A DNA stretch of 64,000 bases from an uncultured Pelagibacteraceae bacterium (GTDB taxonomy: Bacteria > Pseudomonadota > Alphaproteobacteria > Pelagibacterales > Pelagibacteraceae): positions 17,030-81,029 of the forward strand of contig CACIUJ010000001.1 of assembly GCA_902589795.1 (NCBI GenBank). The letters are read 5' to 3'. Both the position numbers and the translations under genes were made by a program. The notes under the pieces were generated by a model. The model was not told where the DNA came from and did not search any database. It saw only the letters and a program-made list of their open reading frames with translations. Shown piece by piece: positions 37,111-45,517 of this stretch (position 1 is the first letter of the stretch; each line of letters starts with the position of its first letter).

Positions 37111-38133
37111 ATGAACACACTTAAAAAAATAATAGTTTCTTCGCTAGTTGCGTTAGGTTTTTTTGTATTTAATGTAAATGCAAACGCAGCGTGTGGAAAA
37201 CTTGTTATTGCTGAACAAAACTGGGCATCAGCAGAATTGATGGCCAACGTTGATAAAATCATTTTAGAAAAAGGTTATGGTTGCGAGGTTGAATTAGTGC
37301 CTGGTGCTACTATGCCAACTTTTACTTCTATGAATGACAAAGGATCACCAGACATGAACCCAGAACAATGGGCTAATGCTGTTTATACACCTTTAAAAAA
37401 AGCAGTATCTGAAAAAAGATTAATCATAGCTAACAAGGCGCCGATCACTGGTCTTGGTGAAGGTTGGTGGTTAACTCCTGGATCAATAAAAAAACATCCA
37501 GAGTTAAAAGGAATGACTGCTCTTCAAATTTTGGAAAGACCAGATTTATTTCCATATAAAGAAGATCCTTCAAAAGGAGCGTTCGTAGGATGTCCTGCAG
37601 GATGGGGATGTCAGTTAGCAAATGCTAATCTTTTTAGAGCTTTTGAAATGGAGAAAAAAGGTTGGGTGTTAGTTGACCCAGGTTCTGCCGCAGGTCTTGA
37701 TGGATCAATTTCTAAAGCAGCCGATTCAGGAGATACTTGGTTTGGTTATTATTGGAATCCAACTTCAATTGTTGGAAAATATAATTTACAACCAGTTGAT
37801 TTCGGAGTGGAATTTGCAGGTAGAGATAATTGGGATAATTGCATAACGCTTGCAGAGCAAGATTGTGCAGACCCTAAACCAACTGCATGGACTAAATCAG
37901 AAGTTAATTCTATCGTTACAGCTAATTTTGCAAAAACTGGAGGAAAAGACGCTTTGAAATATGTTAAGAAACGTACTTTCCCAGGTGAAGTAATGAATGG
38001 AATGCTTGTGTACATGGCTGATAACCAAGCAAAAGGTTCAGATGCAGCAATTGAGTTTTTGAAAAAGCATGAGAAGATATGGGGTAAATGGGTATCTGGT
38101 AGTGCTAAGAAAAAAATCAAAGCTGGTCTTTAA
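37111..38133 (+). CDS. Betaine-type (ProX/OpuAC family) ABC substrate-binding protein
   Basis: 340 aa. Signal peptide 'LVALGFFVFNVNANA'; 'AEQNWASAELMANV' and 'GYYWNPTS' are typical of glycine-betaine/proline-betaine binding proteins. Confidence 0.8.
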   Translation: MNTLKKIIVSSLVALGFFVFNVNANAACGKLVIAEQNWASAELMANVDKIILEKGYGCEVELVPGATMPTFTSMNDKGSPDMNPEQWANAVYTPLKKAVSEKRLIIANKAPITGLGEGWWLTPGSIKKHPELKGMTALQILERPDLFPYKEDPSKGAFVGCPAGWGCQLANANLFRAFEMEKKGWVLVDPGSAAGLDGSISKAADSGDTWFGYYWNPTSIVGKYNLQPVDFGVEFAGRDNWDNCITLAEQDCADPKPTAWTKSEVNSIVTANFAKTGGKDALKYVKKRTFPGEVMNGMLVYMADNQAKGSDAAIEFLKKHEKIWGKWVSGSAKKKIKAGL

Positions 38134-38147
38134 AATATAATTTATTT

Positions 38148-38183
38148 AACGAGCCTATTAAAAAATAGGCTCGTTAATTTTTT
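38148..38183 (+). terminator. Rho-independent terminator/attenuator between the binding-protein and permease genes
   Basis: Perfect 12-bp stem AACGAGCCTATT (38148-38159) / AATAGGCTCGTT (38164-38175), a 4-nt loop, then AATTTTTT (T-run 38178-38183). Confidence 0.75.
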
Positions 38184-38191
38184 GAGGTAAA

Positions 38192-39076
38192 ATGGAGTTT
38201 TTAACAAAATTTCCAGCAATGGATCGTACAGCTCTCATGGAAATGAGAAAAGGAATTGATTTTGCCTTTAGAGATTTTTCTAGAACATATGGAGATGGTA
38301 TAGAAGCTTTTTTTGATCCATTATTATTTTTTTTGGTCGGATTGGAAAAATTATTAATTAATTCTCCTTGGCCAATAATAATAGCAATTATTTGTGGTTT
38401 ATCTTGGTTAGGTTCAAAAAATTGGAAACTTGTTCTAGGAGCTGGAATAGCTTTCTTCTGTATTGGTTACTTTGGTATGTGGAAAGATACCATGGCAACA
38501 GTAGCAATCATAACTGTATGTGTAATTATCTGCATGTCAGCAGGAATACCTATAGGGGTAATTATGTCTCGTTCAGACAGGGCAGAAAAAGCAATATTAC
38601 CTATTTTAGATATGATGCAAACCATTCCAAGTTTCGTATATTTAATTCCAATACTGATGTTGCTTGGCATTGGAAAAGTCCCAGGATTAATAGCTGTTTG
38701 TATATATGCAGTTCCGCCAATAATAAGGTTAACAAATCTTGGAATTAGAGAAGTTGATAAAGAAACTTTAGAAGCCAGCACTGCTTATGGAGCAACAACA
38801 TTTCAAAAATTAAAAACAGTACAAATTCCACTTGCACTTCCAACCGTTTTCGCCGGAGTAAACCAAACAATCATGATGGCTTTAGCAATGGTAGTAATAG
38901 CTTCAATGATTGGTGTAAAAGGCTTAGGTGTGCCAATTTTACGTGCTGTTTCAAACCAGTATCTTGCTTTAGGATTGTTTAATGGTTTAGCAATAGTGGC
39001 ATTAGCAATTATTTTTGATAGAATTGCTCAAGAATATGGTCGTAGAATACAAAAACATCGCGGACAAAAAAAATAA
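38192..39076 (+). CDS. ABC permease, ProW/OpuAB type (single domain)
   Basis: 294 aa, about six hydrophobic helices. Conserved permease loop 'ETLEASTAYGATTFQKLKTVQIPLALP'. No ATPase gene is adjacent. Confidence 0.85.
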   Translation: MEFLTKFPAMDRTALMEMRKGIDFAFRDFSRTYGDGIEAFFDPLLFFLVGLEKLLINSPWPIIIAIICGLSWLGSKNWKLVLGAGIAFFCIGYFGMWKDTMATVAIITVCVIICMSAGIPIGVIMSRSDRAEKAILPILDMMQTIPSFVYLIPILMLLGIGKVPGLIAVCIYAVPPIIRLTNLGIREVDKETLEASTAYGATTFQKLKTVQIPLALPTVFAGVNQTIMMALAMVVIASMIGVKGLGVPILRAVSNQYLALGLFNGLAIVALAIIFDRIAQEYGRRIQKHRGQKK

Positions 39077-39096
39077 AAAATTAAAGATTGTAATTA

Positions 39097-40071
39097 ATGA
39101 ATAATTATCGAATAGATAATCTTCAATATTGTAACTGGTCAAAAGAAATATTTAAGATTAACAATGAAGCAAAACTAGACGCTGTTCACGTAACTATCGC
39201 TTATCACGAAGATTTTAATGAAGTTAAAAAAAATATAGAAATTTGGAACAAACATTTTAAAGAAAATAAAAATTTAATTTTTCATGGAAAAACATTTAAA
39301 GATATAGAAAAAGCTAATAAAGAAAGAAAAACAGCAATATTTTTTGGTTTTCAAAATTGTTCTCCTATTGCTGATGATATTAGATTAGTTGAAAAAGTAT
39401 ACGATTTAGGTGCAAGATTTATGCAACTTACTTATAACAATCAATCTTTATTGGCTACAGGATGTTATGAAAAGAATGACAGTGGAGTTACGAGAATGGG
39501 AAAAGAAGTTATTAAAGAAATGAATAGATTAGGGTTGGTGGTAGACATGTCTCATTCAGCTGAAAAATCTACATTCGATGCTATAGAAATATCTTCAAAA
39601 CCCATAGCTATTACTCATGCAAATCCATCATTTTGGTTTGCTGCTAAGAGAAATAAATCTAGTCAATTGTTAAAAACTTTAGCAGATTCTAAAGGAATGT
39701 TGGGTCTTTCTTTATATCCTCATCACTTAAAAGATAAGTCAAACTGTACACTCGAAAGTTTTTGTGAAATGGCAGCTAAAACAGCTGAACTCATGGGCGT
39801 TAAGCATATTGGAATAGGATCAGATCTTTGTATTGGACATCCAGATTCAGTCGTTGAATGGATGAGAAATGGAAAATGGACTAAAACAAAAGATTTTGGT
39901 GAAGGAAGTAGCACTAATCCAAATTTTCCCAAGCAACCAAAATGGTTTGAGGATGCCCGTGGATTTAAAAATTTAGAAGAAGGTTTAAAAAAAGTTGGAT
40001 TTCAAGAAGCCGAGGTAAATGACATACTAGGAAATAACTGGTATAATTTTTACCGAGGTATAAACAATTGA
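39097..40071 (+). CDS. Peptidase M19 (renal/membrane dipeptidase) fold protein with apparently degenerate metal ligands
   Basis: 324 aa. M19 core motifs are present: 'ARFMQLTYNNQS', 'MNRLGLVVDMSHS', 'IAITHANPS', 'HIGIGSDL'. Three positions that are canonical Zn-ligand motifs read differently: 'IDNLQY' for 'DGHND', 'FGFQNC' for 'LEGG' and 'LTYN' for 'LTHN'. Alignment by eye. Confidence 0.7.
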   Translation: MNNYRIDNLQYCNWSKEIFKINNEAKLDAVHVTIAYHEDFNEVKKNIEIWNKHFKENKNLIFHGKTFKDIEKANKERKTAIFFGFQNCSPIADDIRLVEKVYDLGARFMQLTYNNQSLLATGCYEKNDSGVTRMGKEVIKEMNRLGLVVDMSHSAEKSTFDAIEISSKPIAITHANPSFWFAAKRNKSSQLLKTLADSKGMLGLSLYPHHLKDKSNCTLESFCEMAAKTAELMGVKHIGIGSDLCIGHPDSVVEWMRNGKWTKTKDFGEGSSTNPNFPKQPKWFEDARGFKNLEEGLKKVGFQEAEVNDILGNNWYNFYRGINN

Positions 40072-41738
40072 GCAAACCAAATATAAATTTGAGAGAACCT
40101 TCTGTGGTAATGAAGCTATCTAGACTAGGTTCGTTTCATCAATCAAAATTATCATTTCTTAGAAGTTTTATTAGAGAATTTAAAAGTTGGAATTTTAAAA
40201 GAGATCTGTTTGATCTTGATAAAAATGGCTATGGCACAGCAGTTTATTCTTTTGAAAAAAAAGGAAGAAATTATTCATTAGTATGTTTTGCCCAACATAT
40301 AAAACCAGAAGAAAGATCAGACAGGGTGATAGCTACCAAATGGGACGCGGCTTTTGTTTTACATGATGGGAAGCCCAAAAAAAAAGATATAAATCGTTTA
40401 AAAGAAAATGTACCAAAGCAAGAAGTAGGAAGGGTTTCTTATAAAGAACTTACTTTATCAAGAGCTAATAAATCAATAAGAGCATTTGATCACGTAGTGA
40501 ATTCACTAAGCGTAGGAAAACAACCCGATAAAGAATTATTAAAAAAGGTTGGTTATTTATATAGAACCACAGCAGTTTACGGATCAGGAAAATTTGGTCT
40601 TGCTGATCGTTTTAGGATTAAAGATAGAAAAGAAATTTATGGACCATTTAGATTAGAAATGATGTTAGTCTATCTTGTTAGACAATTTACTTTCGATCAG
40701 GTTAACCATATTGCAAAATGCAAGAATTCAAAAAAAGCTGTGATGTTGGAAGAAAGCATCGCAAGAAATTTAGGAATAGGCAATTCAACAGGACTTGGTA
40801 TGGCTCCTTTTATAGTAAACCATCCAACTCTTTTGCATAATTGGATTTATTGTAGAGAAAAAGCTTTAAAGCAAATAAGATCAATTAAAAATGTTAATGA
40901 AAATGATTTTAATGTTTTCAAGAATTGTCTTAATAAGTCAAAAAACAACATAGATACTTGGTCAACTGATAGCGAATATCAAATAAATAAAATTAATTCT
41001 TTAAAGTTAGATTTAAAAATTTTTTTAAAGTATTTAGAAAACTTAAATTGTAATAAAAATAATTACTTGTGGAATCTTATTTACACTTGGGCTGAAAAAA
41101 ATCTAAAAGAAGAATGTATAGAATATATTGTATCCATGATGATGGAGCCTTATGATTCAATCATTGACCCCTTAATAAATAACATGAGTTCTGAAGAAGA
41201 CAAATATTTTAATATTCCAGCAGATAAAAAAATTTCTGACCTTAAAAAAATTATTGAAAAAAACTATAAATTAATTATTGAAATTGATTTTAAAGATAAA
41301 GATAGTACAAGAAATTTTTGGTTTATATCAAAAAACAAAGAGGAACCCAGGGTAGCCAATAGATATGAAGAACATGGATCTAATCTAGAACAGCCTTTAG
41401 CTATCGCGAGAGATATAAAGAAACTTTATGAAAAGTTAGCCAAGAGCAATCAAAAAGAAACTGTTGCAAATTTTTTATTAAGCAATGATAGTTTAAGACA
41501 TGTAGTTAGAAGAGCTTTTATAGTTGAAAAATTTCCGTACTCTGAAATTCAAGACAATACTATTGGAGCCTCTTTGGTGCCTATAGATATGCTTCGCTTA
41601 AAACTTTCTTTCTTTGGAGCTGTAAAATTTGATCCGAGATCAGATAAATGGCTTAGGATTAATATGTACCAGGGAGCACCTCTGCCTCACGAAATGAAAT
41701 CTTCAAATGACAATTGGGTTTATAACTCACTGAATTAA
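40068..41738 (+). CDS. Hypothetical protein, 556 aa (542 aa if the ATG at 40110 is used), unknown family
   Basis: Long uninterrupted ORF in an AT-rich genome. The TTG start overlaps the M19 stop (TTGA); the first ATG is at 40110. No TM helices, P-loop or metal motif recognised. The N-terminal half looks conserved ('RTTAVYGSGKFGLADRF', 'GIGNSTGLGMAPFIVNHPTLLHNW'). Confidence 0.6.
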   Translation: MSKPNINLREPSVVMKLSRLGSFHQSKLSFLRSFIREFKSWNFKRDLFDLDKNGYGTAVYSFEKKGRNYSLVCFAQHIKPEERSDRVIATKWDAAFVLHDGKPKKKDINRLKENVPKQEVGRVSYKELTLSRANKSIRAFDHVVNSLSVGKQPDKELLKKVGYLYRTTAVYGSGKFGLADRFRIKDRKEIYGPFRLEMMLVYLVRQFTFDQVNHIAKCKNSKKAVMLEESIARNLGIGNSTGLGMAPFIVNHPTLLHNWIYCREKALKQIRSIKNVNENDFNVFKNCLNKSKNNIDTWSTDSEYQINKINSLKLDLKIFLKYLENLNCNKNNYLWNLIYTWAEKNLKEECIEYIVSMMMEPYDSIIDPLINNMSSEEDKYFNIPADKKISDLKKIIEKNYKLIIEIDFKDKDSTRNFWFISKNKEEPRVANRYEEHGSNLEQPLAIARDIKKLYEKLAKSNQKETVANFLLSNDSLRHVVRRAFIVEKFPYSEIQDNTIGASLVPIDMLRLKLSFFGAVKFDPRSDKWLRINMYQGAPLPHEMKSSNDNWVYNSLN

Positions 41739-41740
41739 TT

Positions 41741-42355
41741 ATGCGTTCTTTTAGTGAAATTGATACAACATCAAAACGCGCATCCAAAGCTGCAGGATTT
41801 GCTTGGGGAGTTGCTGAAGAGGTTGGTAAAAACATGAGAAATCTAGAAATGTTTGGTTTACCAGGAATAAAAAATTTAAATTTATATCTTAAAAAAATAA
41901 AAAAAATTCCATCAGAAAAACCCAAAAAGATAGAAAAAAAAAACAAACCACAATCCAAAGAATTTTGCCCTATTTATTGTGGTACAGCATTTTTAGACAA
42001 TTGCAAAAATTTAGAAAATTTAAAGTTAATTAAATTTTTTAACGTCAGTTATCCTTTATTGATTTTACCTTTTTTAAGCAGAGCATCAGATATAGTGGGA
42101 AAAAAAATATCAGTAAAATATGAAAAAAATAGTTTTTTGCTTAATTTTGACAAAAGCATTTTTTCCAATAATATTAATAATAAAAAAACTATTTCTACAA
42201 CAAAAGAAATTTCCATAGAATTTTTAGAAAACAATAATTCATTTTCTACCAAAGAATGGAAAGAACTTTATAGGCTTTCCGAGGAAACTTTTGTTGAAGA
42301 AACAGAAAGTTTAAAAAAGAAAGGCGCAGGCGCAGGTTTAACTGATAATGATTAA
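41741..42355 (+). CDS. Hypothetical protein, 204 aa (conserved N-terminal ~45 aa, K/N-rich remainder)
   Basis: ATG 2 nt after the preceding stop. The N-terminus 'SEIDTTSKRASKAAGFAWGVAEEVGKNMRNLEMFGLPG' resembles, from memory, DUF3726-type proteins; this is unverified. The rest is low complexity. Confidence 0.5.
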   Translation: MRSFSEIDTTSKRASKAAGFAWGVAEEVGKNMRNLEMFGLPGIKNLNLYLKKIKKIPSEKPKKIEKKNKPQSKEFCPIYCGTAFLDNCKNLENLKLIKFFNVSYPLLILPFLSRASDIVGKKISVKYEKNSFLLNFDKSIFSNNINNKKTISTTKEISIEFLENNNSFSTKEWKELYRLSEETFVEETESLKKKGAGAGLTDND

Positions 42356-42398
42356 AAACATGATTTACAAAAGTTAGGATAAAGTATAATTTCCAAAC

Positions 42399-43832
42399 AT
42401 GCTAAATAAAAAGAATTTTTATATCGATGGAAAATGGACGTCTCCAATAGAGCCACGAAATTATAAAGTTATTGATCCATCAAATGAAGAACCTTGTGCT
42501 GAAATATCTCTTGGTGGAAAGAAGGATATAGATAAGGCTGTTAGTGCTGCAAAAAAAGCTTTCGCAACATGGGCTTTTTCAAAAAAAGAAGAGAGATTGG
42601 AATTATTAGAAAAATTATATGTTGTTTATAAAAAACGATGGTCTGAGATGGCAAAACTCATCACTCTTGAGATGGGAGCTCCCATGAAATTTTCAACTGA
42701 AATGCAAGCCGCTACAGGAGCAAGTCACATTAAGTCCTTTAAAAATATTTTAAAAGATTTTAAATTTGAGAAAGACTTAGGAGAAGAAAAGAATAATCAA
42801 AAATTATTGTACGAGCCAAAGGGTGTTTGTGCTTTGATTACACCTTGGAATTGGCCAATTAATCAAGTTAATTTAAAAGTAATTCCAGCTTTAGCATCAG
42901 CATGCACAGTAGTTTTAAAACCATCTGAAATAGCACCCTTGTCGTCAATGTTGCTTGCGGAAATGATTGATGAGGTCAAATTTCCTTCAGGAGTTTTTAA
43001 TTTAGTGAATGGAGACGGAGCTATTACTGGAGATGCTTTAACAAGTCACCCTGACGTTGATATGATTTCTTTTACAGGATCAACAAGAGCCGGTGCATTA
43101 ATTTCTCAAAATGCAGCAAAAGATTTTAAAAGAATAAGCTTAGAGTTAGGTGGAAAAGGAGCGAATATAATTTTTAAGGACGCCGATTCAGAAGCAATAG
43201 CAAGAGGTGTTTTAAGATGTTTTAGAAATTCAGGACAATCGTGCAACGCTCCTACAAGAATGCTTGTTGAAAAATCCATTTATAGTGAAACTGTAGAAAA
43301 AGTAAAAAAATTAGCAAATGACACAAAGGTAGATTCTCCACAAAAAGACGGTGATCATATTGGACCAGTGGTTTCTGAGGTACAATTTAAAAAAATTCAA
43401 ACTTTAATTCAGAAGGGAATTGATGAGGGTGCAAAATTAGTTGCAGGAGGTATTGGTAAACCTAAAGGATTAGAAAAAGGTTATTATGTTAAACCAACTG
43501 TTTTTGCTGATGTTAATAATCAAATGGAAATTGCAAGAACTGAAATTTTTGGCCCTGTGCTATCTATAATTCCGTTTGAAAATGAAGACGAAGCTATTTC
43601 AATAGCAAATGACACTCCATATGGTTTAACAAATTATATTCAAACCCAAGATAAAGAAAAAATTAAAAGAGTTGCAAGAAAACTTAGATCTGGGATGGTG
43701 GATGTTAACGGTGTTGGTATCGCAGTTGCTTCTCCTTTTGGTGGCTATAAACATTCTGGTATTGGACGAGAAGCTGGAACCGAGGGCTTGATAGAATTTT
43801 TAGAAGTTAAAACTGTTGGTGGCTGGAACTAA
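42399..43832 (+). CDS. NAD(P)+-dependent aldehyde dehydrogenase
   Basis: 477 aa. 'ITPWNWP', 'FTGSTRAG', catalytic Glu 'SLELGGKG', catalytic Cys 'NSGQSCNAPTR', 'EIFGPV' and 'FGGYKHSGIGREAG'. Confidence 0.85.
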   Translation: MLNKKNFYIDGKWTSPIEPRNYKVIDPSNEEPCAEISLGGKKDIDKAVSAAKKAFATWAFSKKEERLELLEKLYVVYKKRWSEMAKLITLEMGAPMKFSTEMQAATGASHIKSFKNILKDFKFEKDLGEEKNNQKLLYEPKGVCALITPWNWPINQVNLKVIPALASACTVVLKPSEIAPLSSMLLAEMIDEVKFPSGVFNLVNGDGAITGDALTSHPDVDMISFTGSTRAGALISQNAAKDFKRISLELGGKGANIIFKDADSEAIARGVLRCFRNSGQSCNAPTRMLVEKSIYSETVEKVKKLANDTKVDSPQKDGDHIGPVVSEVQFKKIQTLIQKGIDEGAKLVAGGIGKPKGLEKGYYVKPTVFADVNNQMEIARTEIFGPVLSIIPFENEDEAISIANDTPYGLTNYIQTQDKEKIKRVARKLRSGMVDVNGVGIAVASPFGGYKHSGIGREAGTEGLIEFLEVKTVGGWN

Positions 43833-43841
43833 GCAAATTCA

Positions 43842-44480
43842 TTATTGAATTGTTTTATTTTCTTCATAATCTAAAAGATTAAAATTAATTATCTCATCAA
43901 ATACTTTAATTTTATTATCCATTTTTCTTGTTTCCATTAATTTTTGTTTTTCTTCAATTGAGAATGGAGAAATCATGCTTACATTACTAATTAATTCATC
44001 CAGATTTAATTTTGACAATTCATTATATTTAACAGGATAATTAATTTTTTTAAAAAAGATTTGTATTTTATTTAATAAATTTTTTTTTTCAGAACTAAAA
44101 GTTTCATCTTTTTTAATTTCCAAATCATCTAAAAATTCAGAGTAGTCAACCTCAAAACTTCTGTACAACTTTTCCTTTTTGAGTTCTTTCTTGATCCTAA
44201 ACCTTGTTAATCCCAAAAGCGTAATTATAAATCTTTTATCTGTTGTTTCGTTAAAGCTTATTATTTTCCCCAAACATCCAACACTATAAACTTCTGGAGA
44301 CATACCCTTACTATTTCTTGGTTGCACCATACCAAACATTCTATTTCCCTTTACACAATCATTAACAAGTTGCAAGTAACGATCTTCAAAAATATTTAAT
44401 GGCAAAATCGTTTTTGGAAAAAATATTGCATTAGATAGAGGGAACACTGGAATTTCTTTTAGTAAATTTTCTTTTTTCAT
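43842..44480 (-). CDS. LON N-terminal (substrate-binding) domain protein
   Basis: 212 aa. 'IPVFPLSNAIFFPKTILPLNIFEDRYLQLV' is the typical start of stand-alone Lon N-domain proteins. 4-nt overlap with the upstream gene. Confidence 0.7.
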   Translation of the reverse strand: MKKENLLKEIPVFPLSNAIFFPKTILPLNIFEDRYLQLVNDCVKGNRMFGMVQPRNSKGMSPEVYSVGCLGKIISFNETTDKRFIITLLGLTRFRIKKELKKEKLYRSFEVDYSEFLDDLEIKKDETFSSEKKNLLNKIQIFFKKINYPVKYNELSKLNLDELISNVSMISPFSIEEKQKLMETRKMDNKIKVFDEIINFNLLDYEENKTIQ

Positions 44481-45517
44481 GGCAATAAAACTAACTTACC
44501 TACATGTTTTTTTAACAAAAAATCTTCCTGTGCTTTTCTAATCTCTTTTAATGGATAGGTTTTTGCAATAAGAGGTTTAATTTCTCCTTTTTCTATATAT
44601 TTTATTAGATTTTTAAATACTTCAACAGGCTGATATGTACAACCATAAAAAGTTAAATCTTTTAAATAAAGTGTACGGACATCTAAGTTAACTAAAGGCC
44701 CCCCGATTGCCCCGGCAGTAGCATATCTACCACCTGGTTTTAAAATTTCTAGCAGTTGACCCCAATTTTCACCTGATACAAGATCTACCACAACATCAAA
44801 TTTATTTTTTCCTAATTCTTTAATTAAATCACTTTCGCGAGAAATAGCTTTATTTGCCCCAATTTTTTTTATTTCATTGATTTTTGATGAAGAACATTGT
44901 GCTGTAATGTGAGCCTTTCTTATTTTTGCTAATTGTATAGCTGCAGAGCCAACTCCTCCCGAAGCACCATTTATAAAAATTTTTTCAGCTCCAAGTTTAA
45001 CTCTATAAAGAAGCCCCTCTGCTGTTGAATAAGAACAAGGTATAGAACCAAGTTCTGCATCGGACCATTTGCAATTTATGGAAAATGTTTCTGAAGATCT
45101 TATTGTTACATATTGTGCGAATCCTCCATTAAGCTCTGAGCCAAGAGTTATCATATTAGGACTCGTAGAATTTTTGGGATCAGTTTGCATTGTACGAGCA
45201 ATAACACGTTCCTTAATTCTTGATTTGTTAACTTTTGATCCTACAGAAACGATAATTCCACAAACATCAGCGCCTTGGATACGAGGAAATTTTAAAGGCA
45301 CACCTGACCAACTGCCCCCAACATTTGATTTATATTTTGAATACCAGGCAGTTCTAGTGTTAATATCGGTATTATTAATTCCTGCAGCAGTTACTTTTAT
45401 TAAAACCTCATCATCTTTTGGAACAGGAACGGGAATATCAGTTTTATATTCTAATTTTTCTAAACCACCATGGCCTGTTAATAAAACTGCATGCATTTTT
45501 TTTGGAATATTTTTCAT
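44477..45517 (-). CDS. Medium-chain dehydrogenase/reductase (quinone-oxidoreductase-like)
   Basis: 346 aa. 'EVLIKVTAAGINNTD', 'GADVCGIIVSVG', NAD(P) fold 'INGASGGVGSAAIQLAK'. No obvious structural-Zn Cys cluster. Confidence 0.8.
   Translation of the reverse strand: MKNIPKKMHAVLLTGHGGLEKLEYKTDIPVPVPKDDEVLIKVTAAGINNTDINTRTAWYSKYKSNVGGSWSGVPLKFPRIQGADVCGIIVSVGSKVNKSRIKERVIARTMQTDPKNSTSPNMITLGSELNGGFAQYVTIRSSETFSINCKWSDAELGSIPCSYSTAEGLLYRVKLGAEKIFINGASGGVGSAAIQLAKIRKAHITAQCSSSKINEIKKIGANKAISRESDLIKELGKNKFDVVVDLVSGENWGQLLEILKPGGRYATAGAIGGPLVNLDVRTLYLKDLTFYGCTYQPVEVFKNLIKYIEKGEIKPLIAKTYPLKEIRKAQEDFLLKKHVGKLVLLP

Noticed and set aside
38368-38781. Two ORFs (126 aa on the plus strand in another frame, 104 aa on the minus strand) inside the permease gene.
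   Set aside because: Both are fully contained in a permease ORF with a clear EAA-loop motif. They have no start context or motifs of their own.
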